The position numbers and the translations under genes were made by a program. A DNA stretch of 64,000 nt, from contig CM059432.1 of assembly GCA_030390025.1 (NCBI GenBank), positions 46,874,001-46,938,000 on the forward strand, in the 5' to 3' direction. Positions 39,093-51,699 of the stretch are shown here, piece after piece. The stretch comes from Squalus acanthias (lineage: Eukaryota). Each line of letters begins with the position of its first letter. Within the stretch, counting starts at the first letter, position 1. The notes below the pieces were generated by a model. That model had not been told where the DNA came from. It was given only the letters and a program-made list of their open reading frames with translations, and ran no database searches.

Positions 39093-40164
39093 GTTTGCCA
39101 CTCTCTCTCTGCGTCTCTGCTGCCTCCGATTCTGTAGGTGCAGGACGATGCCCCGAATCAGTGCAGCCCCCTAAGTCTCTTCTAAATCACTGCAATGAAG
39201 GTCAAATGAAAATGAACCTGCAAAGTGCTGCTCAGTACCCAAAACTCCTTCACACAGTGTTGAATCTCTCCAGAAGTCTCTCTCCCTCTCAGAATGCGTG
39301 GTACAAAAATGTCAGCGACAAAAAAAGGCAGGAAGCAGCCGCCTTTAAATAGCATTCCCCCAGCCCCTTCCCGACTGCAAAACGTTCCCCTCTACCTGTC
39401 GTTGCTAGGGGCAGGCAGAAAGGCAAGGGGCGCGACTCAATATCCGGTCCGGGGCGCTACACGCTCGACTGACGTCACGATCTGCGGGCGCAGGAGATCG
39501 TGGCGGTAGCGTTTAACGCCGCCGCAAAATGTCTGGTCAATTTTGCAAGCGGCGCAAACATCGCCGCGCACAGGCGCTAGTTGATTTGCGCTCCGTTAGC
39601 ACCCTCTTAGGGCGCTAATGGGAGGCACTAATCAACCGAATTTTTCCCCCCCTTGTCCCAGAGCAGCCACCCTCGAGTTTGCTGTGGTCGCTGGAAGATT
39701 GCTGATGCAGGATGAAGGCATCATGGCTGCTGCAAGGCTAGTGGGCATTGACCGTCAGGAAGTGCTAGGCGTGGTCGCACACCAACTGCACATTAAGTGA
39801 GTGGTAGCCTTTGCAGTTACGGAGAAATTGAGGGCACGGTGAACTTGACTGTCACTGGGAGAGCCGTGTTCACCCTGCTCTCAGGCTGCAGGTCTTGTTG
39901 CAGGGGGTGGCAGAGTTCTGTGTACCTCCTTGATGAAGCGTAGCCTCCTAATAAACTGCTCCTCGCTTAAACGGATATATGAGAAGTGCTCTCAGAAGAC
40001 CCTAGGTGGGTAAGGCCTCCTGTTGAGAGCCCTCCTCCTCCTCCTCCTCCCTCTGTGCGCATCTTCTCCCCTTCTTCGCGGCCTCCGCTCCCTCTCCTGA
40101 AGATAAGCGAGCACCAGTAGAGCCCCCATGACTGTGAGCAAGTGTTGTGAGCAGAAGCACAACA

Positions 40165-41457
40165 AAGTCACCATGGATTTATGAAAGGGAAATCGTGTTT
40201 AACAAACCTACTGGAGTTTTTTGAGGATGTAACTGGTAGAATAAATAAGGGAGAACCAGTGGATGTGATGTATTTGGATTTTCAGAAGGCCTTTGATAAA
40301 GTCCCACATAAGAGGTTAGTGTGCAAAATTAAAGCACATGGAAATTGAGGGTAATATACTGGCATGGATTGAAAATTGGTTAACAGACAGGAAACAGAGA
40401 GTAAAGAATAAATGGGTCTTTTTCAGGGTGGCAGGCGGTGACTAGTGGGGTACCGCAGGGATCAGTGCTTGGGCCCAGCTATTCACAATATATATCAATG
40501 ATTTGGATGAGGGAACCAAATGTAATATTTCCACGTTTGCTGACCACACGAAACTAGGTGGGATTGTGAGTTGTGAGGAGGATGCAAAGAGGCTTCAAGG
40601 TGATTTAGACAAGTTGAGTGAGTGAGCAAATACATGGCAGATGCAGTATAACGTGGATAAATGTGAAGTTATCCACTTCGGTAGGAAAAACAGAAAGGCA
40701 GAGTATTATTTAAATGGTGATAGATTGGGAAATGTTGATGTACAAAGGGACTTGGGTGTCCTTGTACACCAGTCACTGAAAGCAAACCTGCAGGTGCAGC
40801 AAGCAGTTAGGAAGGCAAATGGTATGTTGGCCTTCATTGCAAGAGGATTTGAGTACAGGAGCAAGGATGTCGTACTACAGTTATACAGGGCCTTGGTGAG
40901 ACCACACCTAGAGTACTGTGTGCAGTTTTGGTCTCCTTACCTAAGAAAGGATATACTTGCCATAGAGGGAGTGCAGCGAATGTTCACCAAACTGATTCCT
41001 GGAATGGCAGGACTGTCGTATGAGGAGAGATTGGGTCGACTCGGCCTGTATTCACTAGAGTTTAGAAGAATGAGAGGGGATCTCATTGAAACGTATAAAA
41101 TTCTGACAGGGCTAGACGGACTGGATACAGGGAGGATGTTTCCCCTGGCTGGGGAGGTCTAGAACGAGGGGTCACGGTCTCAGGATAAGGGGTAGGACAT
41201 TTAGGACTGAGATGAGGAGAAATTTCTTCACTCAGAGAGTGGTGAACCTGTGGAATGCTCTACCAGAGAAGGCTGTGGAGGCCAAGTCACTGAATATATT
41301 TAAGAAGGAGATAGATAGATTTCTAGACACAAAAGGCATCAAGGGGTATGGGGATAGAGAAGGAATATGGTATTGATAGAGGATCAGCCATGATCATATT
41401 GAATGGCGGAGCAGGGCCGAATGGCCTACTCCTGCTCCTATTTTTCTATGTTCTATG
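40165..41457 (+). mobile_element. 5'-truncated CR1 LINE
   Basis: HGFMKGKSCLTNLLEFF through the 3' tail ttctatgttctatg. Confidence 0.93.
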
Positions 41458-41723
41458 CTGGAAAATTATGGGGAGTATGCTTGTGGTTTCCTGAGATGTG
41501 CTCCTGGTGGGCAAGGCTCAAGCTCGGTGCATGCATTCATAAAGTTCACCCTTGAATTTCAAAATAAATTTAGGTAAACTATTCTAGAAAGGAATGGGAA
41601 TTGATGCCATCTGTTTTGTACTTGTGAAATGCAATCTTATTTTGACCTCAGCTAATGTAAAAACACTCCAAAATCCTTTTTAATGTCATTGAGCAGTGTC
41701 ATAAGGCTGTTTGCTGCCAGACA

Positions 41724-42204
41724 ATGGCCTAGAAAGTCAGGGGTTTAGCGCCAACCATTACCGCCAGATTAAGGCAAAAAAATGGCGGCCGCCATTCTTC
41801 TGTCAGTTGTTGGTGGGTCCTGTGGCGGGCGCCATTTTCGGTTGGGCGGCAGCGCTGCCGATATCAGCGATCGCTAATATCATGGAAATGATACAGATCA
41901 TGACATCAGTGAGTGTGCAACGCTCACTTGACAGCTGAACTGCGAGTTTGAAGTTCACCATTCAACTTACCGGCATGCCTTAAATGCAACGAGCTGAGCA
42001 AGCGTTGACTAGCAGGAAGGAAGCTCCAGCAGCGGTATTTAAAAGGATCATCAGCAACTACTTGCACCTGACATGTTTCTGCAGTTTGACTGGCTCTGTG
42101 CAACTTTCTGCAACTCCATTAGCTTTATTAACTTCTTACAAGGTTCTAAGGTAACAGGGAGTGTTGTTGCAAGTGGAGAATGCCTTCATTATTATTTAAA
42201 GGCT
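41724..42204. mobile_element. Probable terminal fragment of another Harbinger-type element, cut by a CR1
   Basis: Starts ggcctagaaagt; CpG-rich subterminal sequence similar in style to 32836 onward. Confidence 0.4.
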
Positions 42205-45200
42205 TAGAAACATAGAAAAATAGGAGCAGGAGTCGGCCATTCGGCCCTTCGAGCCTGCTCCGCCATTCAATATGATCATGGCTGATCCTCTATCTCAATA
42301 CCATATTCCCGCTCTCTCCCCAAACCCCTTGATGCCTTTTGTGTCTAGAAATCTATCTATCTCCTTCTTAAATATATTCAGTGACTTGGCCTCCACAGCC
42401 TTCTCTGGTAGAGAATTCCACAGGTTCACCACTCTCTGAGTGAAGAAATTTCTCCTCATCTCAGTCCTAAATGTCCTACCCCTTATCCTGAGACTGTGAC
42501 CCCTCATTCTAGACCTCCCCAGCCAGGGGAAACATCCTCCCTGCATCCAGTCCGTCTAGCCCTGTCAGAATTTTACACGTTTCAATGAGATCCCCTCTCA
42601 TTCTTCTAAACTCTAGTGAATACAGGCCTAGTCGACCCAATCTCTCCTCATACGACAGTCCTGCCATCCCAGGAATCAGTCTGGTGAACCTTCGCTGCAC
42701 TCCCTCTATGGCAAATATATCCTTTCTTGGGTAAGGAGACCAAAACTGCACACAATACTCCAGGTGTGGTCTCACTAAGGCCCTGTATAACTGTAGTAAG
42801 ACATCCTTGCTCCTGTACTCAAATCCTCTTGCAATGAAGGCCAACATACCATTTGCCTTCCTAACTGCTTGCTGCACCTGCATGTTTGCTTTCAGTGACT
42901 GGTGTACAAGGACACCCAGGTCCCTCTGGTCATCACATTTCCCAATCTATGACCATGTAAATAATACTCTGCCTTTCTGTTTTTCCTACCGAAGTGGATA
43001 ACTTCACATTTATCCACGTTATACTGCATCTGCCATGTATTTGCCCACTCACTCAACTTGTTTAAATCGCCTTGAAGCCTCTTTGCATCCTCCTCACAAC
43101 ACACAATCCCACCTAGTTTTGTGTCATCAGCAAACTTGGAAATATTACATTTGGTTCCCTCATCCAAATCATTGATATATATTGTGAATAGCTGGGGCTT
43201 AAGCACTGATCCCTGCGGTAGCCCACTAATTACCATCTGCCACCCCGAAAAAGACCCATTTATTCCTACTCTCTGTTTTCTGTCTGTTAACCAATTTTCA
43301 ATCCATGCCAGTATATTACCCCCAATCCCATGTGCTTTAATTTTGCACACTAACCTCTTATGTGGGACCTTATCAAAGGCCTTCTGAAAATCCAAATACA
43401 CCACATCCACTGGTTCTCCCTTATCTATTCTACCAGTTACATCCTCAAAAAACTCCAGTAGGTTTGTCAAACATGATTTCCCTTTTATAAATCCATGTTG
43501 ACTTTGTCTAATCCCGTTGATATTTTCTAAGTGTCCTGTTATCACATCCTTTATAATAGACTCTAGCATTTTCCCTACTACTGATGTTAGGCTAACCGGT
43601 CTATAGTTCCCTGTTTTCTCTCGCCCTCCTATTTTAAAAAGTGGGGTTACATTTGCCACCCTCCAATCTGCAGGAACTGTTCCATAATCTATAGAATTTT
43701 GGAAGATGACAACCAATGCATCCACTATTTCCATGGCTACCTCTTTTAGTACTCTGGGATGCAGATTATCAGGCCCTGGGGATTTATCGGCTTTCAGTCC
43801 CATTAATTTCTCCAGCACTATTTTTTTACGAATACTAATTTCCTTTGATTCCTCCTCCTCACTAGACCCTTGGTTCCCTAGCATTTCTGGGAAGTTATTT
43901 GTGTCCTCTTAAGTGAAGACAGAACCAAAGTATTTGTTTAATTGCTCTGCCATTTCCTTGTTCCACATTATAAATTCTCCCGTTTCTGACTGTAAGGGAC
44001 CTACATTTGTCTTCACTAATCTTTTTCTTTTTACATACTTATAAATGCAATTTGTTGTTGGAGCTTAAATTGAGTGTCAAAGGGCAAACTAACTCCAAAG
44101 CAAAGAGGCATGACAGCAACTCCAGATTCTCATTCCACCTTACTGCAGTTTTAGATGGGCCTTTGACTCCAGACTCAAAACTACCATGACACTATACTAC
44201 ACTGCCCGTGCAAGATGAAACAGCAGTGTCGATTCAAGGTGAACGTGCGATGCACTAACACTACTGTTAATCCTCAAAGAACAGTTTTGTTGAAATGGGA
44301 ATCAAGGAAAAACTGAATTTCTGCGTAACATAATTGGCAAACAGCAAGTCCTAAATAACAAAGTGACTGTAAGGGACATACATTTGTCTTCACTAATCTT
44401 TTTCTTTTTACATACTTGTAGAAGCTTTTACAATCAGCTTTTATGTTCCTTGCAAGTTTACTCTCATACTCTATTTTTCCCCTCTTAATCAATCTCTTGG
44501 TCCTTTTTTGCTGAACTCTAAACTGCTCCCAATCCTCAGGCTTGCTACTTTTTCTGGCAACTTTATATGACTCCTCTTTGGATCTAATACTATCCTTAAT
44601 TTCTTTTGTTAGCCATGGTTGAGCCGCTTTTCCTTTTGTGTTTTTGCGCCAGCAAGGAATGTATAACTGTTGCAATTCATGCATTCGTTCCTTAAATGTT
44701 AGCCATTGCCTATCCACCGTCATGCCTTTTAATGAAGCTCCCCAATCTATCATAGCCAACTCACTCCTCATACCTTCGTAGTTTCCTTTGTTTAGATTTA
44801 GGACCCTAGTTTCGGATTGGACTTCTTCACTTTCCGTCTTAATGAAGAATTCTATCATGTTATGGTCACTCTTCCCTAAAGGACCCCGCACAACAAGATT
44901 ATTAATTAACCCCTTCTCATTGCACAATACCCAATCTAAGATAGCCTGTTCCCTAGTTGGCTCCTCAACGTACTGGTCTAAAAAACCATCTCGTACACAC
45001 TCCAGGAATTCATCCTCCACAGTATTATTGCTAATTTGGTTTGGCCAGTCTATATGTAGATATAATTCACCCATGATTACTGTAGTACCCTCGTTACATG
45101 CATCTCTAATTTCCTGTTTGATGCCATCCCCTACATTACCACTACTGTTTGGAGGCCTATAGACAACTCCCACCAATGTTTTCTGCCCCTTGGTGCTTCT

Positions 45201-45510
45201 TAGCTCCACCCAGACTGATTCTACATCTTTATTTTCTGAGCCAATATCCTTTCTCACTATTGCTCTGATTTCATCCTTTACTAGCAATGCCACCCCACCT
45301 CCTTTTCCTTTTTGCCTGTCCTTCCTAAATATCGAATATGCTTGGATATTCAGCTCCCAGCCTTGGTCATCCTGCAGCCCTGTCTCTGTAATCGCAATTA
45401 TATCGTATCGTTTACATCTATTTGCGCTGTTAATTCGTCTACCTTATTACGAATGCTTCATGCATTCAGATACAGTGCCTTTAGATTTGTCTTTTTAACA
45501 TTTTTAGACA
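42205..45510 (-). mobile_element. CR1 LINE with nearly complete ORF2 (APE + RT), interrupted at 44041-44363
   Basis: ORFs 44274-45293, 42892-43884 and 42509-42883; tail tagaaacatagaaa. Confidence 0.95.
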
Positions 45511-46414
45511 TCTTAAAAAAATTTGTACTATGGCCAGGAGCATGCATTCAACCCTTCAGTGTAAAATCTCAATAGACTGATTTATTGGTAGTTAGTTGCA
45601 GTCTCTGAGGAGACAGCTTTACCTCAGCTTTAAACCCCAGTAACAATATTGTCACTGAATGAAACTGCCATCTATAGACCATTTCAGCTTCACATTCCTC
45701 AGTAAATCACAATCTCCATCCTTTTTCAGCTTCACATGGAAACTTCCTACAAGACCATAGCATTCAGCAGGATATGTTCCTTCCTTGACATGATTTGAGG
45801 TGATCCACATAAATTATATCACATCTAGGCTGTGATTGCTTTTGTACCACTTAACCACTTCAAAAACAGATGCAGCTCACCTCATGATTATTGAAAGTTA
45901 CAGAAAACGTCTCAATAGTTGTACAACCATACTTCTCGTTTGTCTTTGACTATGGACCATACCATAATTCTTTTCTGTGTTTAATCATTTTAAGTGGGCT
46001 TGATCATACTGTCCTATTGCTCCTTCAGTCATCAGGTACACTCACAACCCTCTACAATCCTCCACTTGAAAAAAGTCAATCATCTTCCACAGCTCAGTTA
46101 CAATGTTTTAGCTATGATACTTGATTGAGGTCTTCCCAACCCTAAGCACACTACACATTTCCAAGAAGACAGCGCCCTCAAGGTTCTTTCCTTATTCACT
46201 GTGTAGATGCTGAATCTACAAAGTGGAATATACTATATATTTTCAAGGCTCTGGGCCTAATTTTATTCTCCATCAGAAGACTATCAGCCAGAAAATATTA
46301 TGACTGGTGATTCCATCAACAGCATAGGATATACCAGTCACAGCAGCCACATCAATTTAGTTAGCTCTGAAAGGGTTTCCTCCTATCTTCTTGCCTTAGC
46401 AGAACCTGTTCTAC

Positions 46415-46722
46415 TCTGAAATAAAAACAGAAAATGCTGGAAATACTCAGCAGGTCAGGCAGCATCTGTGGAGAGAGAAACAGAGTTAACGTTTCAGGTC
46501 GATGAACCTTCGTCAGAACTGGAAAAAGTTGGAGATGTAACAGGTTTTTAAGCAACTGGTTTTTAAACCTGTTACATCTCCAACTTTTTCCAGTTCTGAC
46601 GAAGGGTCATCGACCTGAAACGTTAACTCTGTTTCTCTCTCCACGGATGCTGCCTGACCTGCTGAGTATTTCCAGCATTTTCTGTTTTTATTTCAGATTT
46701 CCAGCATCCGCAGTATTTTGCT
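46415..46722. mobile_element. Penelope family A fold-back insertion with a hammerhead motif in each arm
   Basis: About 135-bp inverted arms; TSD cctgt(t/a)ctactctg (46405-46418 and 46723-46736). Confidence 0.9.
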
Positions 46723-47615
46723 CCTGTACTACTCTGCTTGGGTTTCAATTTCATTTCACTAACACAGGCCAAATACCTACCATAAATTTGCCTGACTCCC
46801 ACTGGTCACCAGACAGACTGCTTTTGTCTAGTAGTCCCATTCATTATACTCATCCCAAGATCTTATTCCACCATAGACAGCTGGGCTAATGCATGGTTTA
46901 ACAGAGTTGACACTCGCTGGTGTAGAGTGTTGCTTTATCACACTATATTGAGTTACACAGTTTTAGCAGTTGTATTTCTTCTCCCAGCTCCTGTGGATTC
47001 TGTTTCAGTTTAATTGTTTATTTGAAGGCTGTCAATTTTCAGTCCTTCTATTGTTATCTATAGGTTGTTTTTCAAAACAGTTACATTGTGACTTTGGTTT
47101 TTCCACAAGTACTCCACGTATGCATACATGGCTTTAATATATATTACATAAAGCATTTCTGAGCATTAAAAAGTGGTATAAGATTTGTGATGTCTGGTAG
47201 CCTGGAAATTTTGAACATGATTTTGACGCCTGTTCCAAGCTCATACCAGCATCAAAACAGCCCCTGAAGGTTTGATGTTTCATGGCCACGCAGTGGTTGA
47301 AGTGCCAACTTTGCACTCAATCATTATAAAAGCAGAATTCATTCCAGAACAAACGTGACAGTATAAACAGGGTGACAGTAGCATAAACTGTGCTAGAATA
47401 AGAACTCTGGTTCCATACTGACATAAATTGAAACTTGGCTTATTAAAGGTGGATTTGATGCCAGCTTGATTCAGTAAAGCTTAGTGTAAAGTTGAGACTA
47501 AAGTATGGTCCACTGAGGTTTGCATATGTCAGATATTACCTTATTACTGCCTATTTATATAACACTTTCATTTCAGAGGCTTAATTTCACTCAGTGATAA
47601 ATCTAAGACATGGGA

Positions 47616-48220
47616 AGCAACAAAAACTTACATTTATATAGCGCCTTTAACATAGTAAAACATCCCAAGGTGCTTCACAGGAGTGTTATCAAACACAATT
47701 TGACACCAAGCCACATAAGGAGATATTAGGACAGGTGACCAAATGCTTGGACAAAAAGGTAGGTTTAAAGGATCATCTTAAAGGAGAGAGAAATAGAGAG
47801 GCAGAGAGGTTTAGGGAGGGAATTCCAGAGTTTAGGGCCTAGGCAGCTGAAGCCACGTCCACCAATGGTGGAGTGATTAAAATCGGGGATGCGCAAGAGG
47901 CCAGAATTGGAGGAGCGCAGAAGACTCAAAGGGTTGTTGGGCTGGAGGGGTTACAGAGATAGGGAGGCGCGAGGCCATGAAGGGATTTGAAAACTAGGAT
48001 GACTAGGTTTAAAATTGAGGCATCGTTGGACCAGGAGCCAATGTAGGTCAGTGAGCCCAGGAGTGATGGGTGAATGGGACTCAGTGCGAGTTAGAACACG
48101 GGCAGCGGAGTTTTGGATGAGCTCAAGTTTATGGAGGGTGGAAAATGGGAGGCTGGCCAAGAGAGCATTGGAATAGTCAAGTCTAGAGATAACAAAGGCA
48201 TGGATGAGGGTTTCAGCAGC
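47616..48220 (-). mobile_element. L2 LINE 3' fragment
   Basis: AETLIHAFVISRLDYSNALL...IQNSAARVL. Confidence 0.88.
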
Positions 48221-48599
48221 ACTAGCATGTTGTTCTGGGACACTATAATCCTGACATGAATAGATCAATTCAGACTGTGAGTGCCCTGATGGCTCAAATG
48301 GTTCAGTATTCTATCCCTAACCAGAAAGCTATGAGTTCAAGTGCTAGAGTTGTTCATCACAAAAACGCATCTTACTTGGATTGTTTAATTGTTTTTAGCC
48401 AGGCTATCAGTGTTTCATAGAAGCTTGATCTTATATCTTTTTTGGGAGGGGGCAGTAATTGACTTATTTAAATCATACTTCAGTTTCACTGGCAACAGCA
48501 GCTTTCAGAGTCATTGCTGATAACTCTTATTCTTGCCTGAAAAGGCTGTAAGCAGTTCGTAAAACAGAATCAAATCAGTTCTATTATTTTGAGTGGTAC

Positions 48600-48672
48600 C
48601 TGTTCTGTAAACCACTGATGTTGCATAACTTCTGCAAATTATGATAATCAATTCCCAAAAAATACTGCATTC
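48600..48672 (-). CDS. Host gene exon 2: (G)MQYFLGIDYHNLQKLCNISGLQN(R)
   Basis: Acceptor tttttgtttctttcctgctag, donor AG|gtacca, 73 bp; phase 1 in and phase 2 out fit both neighbours. Confidence 0.78.
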
Positions 48673-48889
48673 CTAGCAGGAAAGAAACAAAAAATTAGAA
48701 TTTGTTTTCAAACATCTTGTACAATTATTGTCCTGGTAAAATAACTTGCATGTCATTTATCTCTAGGTATGTCTATATTAAAAAGAAAAGACCCATTTTT
48801 GAACTATTAAGTGTAAATGCATTTTAAACAGGGATGCAGCAGCAACTGCACACATTTACCCAGTGAGCAATTAAAGTCAGATTTTCAGT

Positions 48890-49340
48890 TCAACAACAAC
48901 AACTTGTATTTATATAGCACCTTTAACGTAGTAAAACGTCCAAAGGCACTTCACAGGAGTATTATAAGACAAAAAATTTGACAACGAGCCACATAAGGAG
49001 AAATTAGGGCAGGTGACCAAAAGCTTGGTCAAAGAGGTAGGTTTTTAGGAGCATCTTAAAGGAGGAAAGAGAGGTAGAGAGGCAGAGAGGTTTAGGCAGG
49101 GAATTCCAGAGCTTAGGGCCTAGGCAACAGAAGGCACGGTCACCAATGGTTGAGAGATTATAATCAGGGATGCTCAAGAGGGCAGAATTAGAGGAGTGCA
49201 GATATCTCTGGGGGTTGTGGGGCTCAAGGAGATAGGGAGGGGCGAGGCCATGGAGGGATTTAAAACAAGGATGAGAATTTTGAAATCGAGGCATTGCTTA
49301 ACCGGGAGCCAATGTAGGTCAGCGAGCACAGGAGTGATGG
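48890..49340 (-). mobile_element. L2 LINE 3' fragment
   Basis: FKSLHGLAPPYL...GPKLWNSLP..LKTYLF; (caa)n tail. Confidence 0.88.
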
Positions 49341-49929
49341 TTTCACTGAATCCTACCTTGCTTCTGGGAGTTAGTAAAGCAATTCATCAGAGATTTCATT
49401 AGTAATCACTAAACATGGGTATAAGGCCTATGAATCCTAGAAAATATTGAACAGTAACACCAATAGCAAATCTGCTTAGAAAACCTTGTCAAAAAAACAA
49501 GAAACCCAGTTCACAAGCAGGAGGTGCATGAGACCCTGGACAGGAGTAGATCAATATTTGGCATTAAAATTAAGCTGCTTTATGCGTATTCCAAAGGATG
49601 AGGGAGGGCTGTGAGCGGGTTGCTTGGCAACTGAACACAATCTCTTAAAAAAAATAGAAGAATGAGATGCGGATGGGTTTTAATGGCCATCGATGAAAAC
49701 ATTGTGTATAAATGCCTAAGTGGGAGAGAAACTACAGGAGGAGCACAGGAACTGAAGAAGCTTAACCAGTGTGGAAGAAAAGTGGCAGAAATATTAGTGC
49801 AGAAAGCTTATAGGGCTAGGAGATCTTGAGGTAGGATATTGAGTCTGGTAATTTTCTTCAATATGTGTGTGTTATTGTATATCCAAATTATAATCTGTAG
49901 AAATATTATAAAAATATTACAATTTTCCT

Positions 49930-51480
49930 TTATATAACATCTTTAATGTAGAAAAACATCTTAATGTGCTTCAAAGAGGAACAAAGCAGTGGCTGCCAAG
50001 CCTTTATGAGGGTCTTGAGATGACCAAATGCTTGGTCAAAGAGATGGGATTTATAGAAGTTTTTAGAGGCAACCACAGAAATAGAGGGGCAGAGTGATAT
50101 TGGGGAGGAATGCCAGAGAGTACGGCTATACCACCAATGTGGTGGAGCAGAGCGAGGGGAATGCACATCCCAGAGTTAAGGAATCAGAGACCATGGAAGG
50201 CAACATATTGGACTCTAGGGGAATCGAGGGATATGGGGATCGGGCGGGAAAGTGGAGTTGCAGTCGAAGATCAGCCATGATCTTATTGAATAGTGGAGCA
50301 GGCTCGAAGGGCCGTATGGCCTACTCCTGCTCCTAATTCTTATGTTGCAGTTAGGGTAGGGTGATGATGGAGGAATCTGTAGTTAAGCATGAGGATTTTA
50401 AATTTCATACATCAGTGGACAGAAAGATATTCTACGTAGGCAAGGACAGATGTGATGAGAAATCAGGACTTAGTATGGGTGGGTGAGTTTTGAGCAAGTT
50501 GGAGTTTGTAGGTCAGACGTCTGCCATTCAGGCTGCTAGAGAAATTGAGTCTAGAGGTAATGAAAATGTGGATAACTGTTTTGGCAGGTGAGGTATGGAT
50601 GGAGGCAGGAAATGCTGTGAAGGTTTAAGTAAACAGTCTTGGCAATGGATAGGATGTTGTTTTAGAAGTTCATCTCTGTGTCAAGCAGGATGCTGAGTTT
50701 GAAAACAATCATCCATAACAAGCAATGGAGAGGGGGACAGATTCAGTGGCAAGGAAACTGAGTTTTTGCTGGGATCCAGAAATGACGTGTATCACCTTCC
50801 ACCTGGAGATTCTCATTCATTTGCAAGTTAATGTCACACAGGCAGTTTGACAACACAGAATGATGGAATTGTTGGAAAGATAAAAGCTGGGTGAAATCAG
50901 TATACATTTGGAAGCTAATTTGTTCCAAGAGACAATGTCACCAAAGCAAAGCACATACATCAGAAGGAGGAGTGGCCAAGGATAAATCCTTGGGGTTTTC
51001 CAGAAGCCATCATGTGGGTGCGTGAAAAGAAGTCATTGTTGGAGATGTGCTAAATGCATTGGGATAGAAGTGGAACCAGGAAAGGGTAGTCCCATGGAGC
51101 TGGCCCATGGAGGAGAGGCAGTGGAGGAGGGCAACAGCGAGTTTGAGAAGGACATGGAGTTGCAATCAGAGAGGATATCATTCATGACTTTGACTAGAGA
51201 AGACTCAGCAGTGATCAAGGAAAAAGGTAGACTGAAGGGATACGAAGAGAGTTGTGGGAAATTTGGGCATGGACCTGGAAGGCAATGATGCGTTCAAGAA
51301 CTTGGATAAAAAGGGACGTTAGATAAGGGGGGGTAGTTAGACAGGTAAGGGTGGGGTTTTGGCAGAGGGGCTAGGGTGGTAAAAATTATGATGGTGGCAG
51401 TGGAACAGGGTTTGAGGAGACAGTTTGTCATGGAGAAAAAAGTCATGGGTTCTCCTAGATGATCCTGGAGTAGTAGAAAA
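49930..51480 (-). mobile_element. Highly degraded L2 LINE, with a small CR1 3' UTR piece (+) at about 50207-50347
   Basis: KSHLFDQAF and AESSLVKVMNDIL remnants. Confidence 0.65.
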
Positions 51481-51699
51481 TACAATGTTCATCCTACCAA
51501 AAAGATCTTTGCCATCCAAAATGATATTTTTCACTTGGCAGTTCAATATTAAAGTTACAACATTCCAATAATATGATCAAAAGAATGAATCCCCAGGAAA
51601 CCATATTACTATAAATATATTTACTGGAATGTGAAAGCCTCATTGAGTAATTTGGCACGATTAAAAACAATTTTCAGAGGAGACAGTTCCAGGAACCAA

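Larger units (their letters stand above)
35660..39651. mobile_element. Inner full-length Harbinger transposon (~4 kb, both TIRs, two convergent genes, decayed)
   Basis: TIRs cgggagaaattcggt / accgaatttttcccc; 3-bp duplication (CTT, or TTA/TTG) in the host transposase. Confidence 0.92.
35171..40129 (-). pseudogene. HARBI1-like DDE transposase of the outer Harbinger, in two pieces (39653-40129 and 35171-35659), with an internal deletion near 39830
   Basis: [70 protein letters not shown]. Confidence 0.9.
32836..40165. mobile_element. Outer Harbinger transposon (Myb gene on +, transposase on -); right end lost at a CR1 junction
   Basis: Probable left terminus ggcctaaaaattgg; convergent Myb and DDE genes; hosts the inner Harbinger. 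Confidence 0.8.

Noticed and set aside
45515..46400. Possible minus-strand exon(s) in unique-looking sequence (e.g. about 45624-45747)
   Set aside because: The frames I checked contain stops and no recognisable motif; probably ancient decayed repeat or intron.
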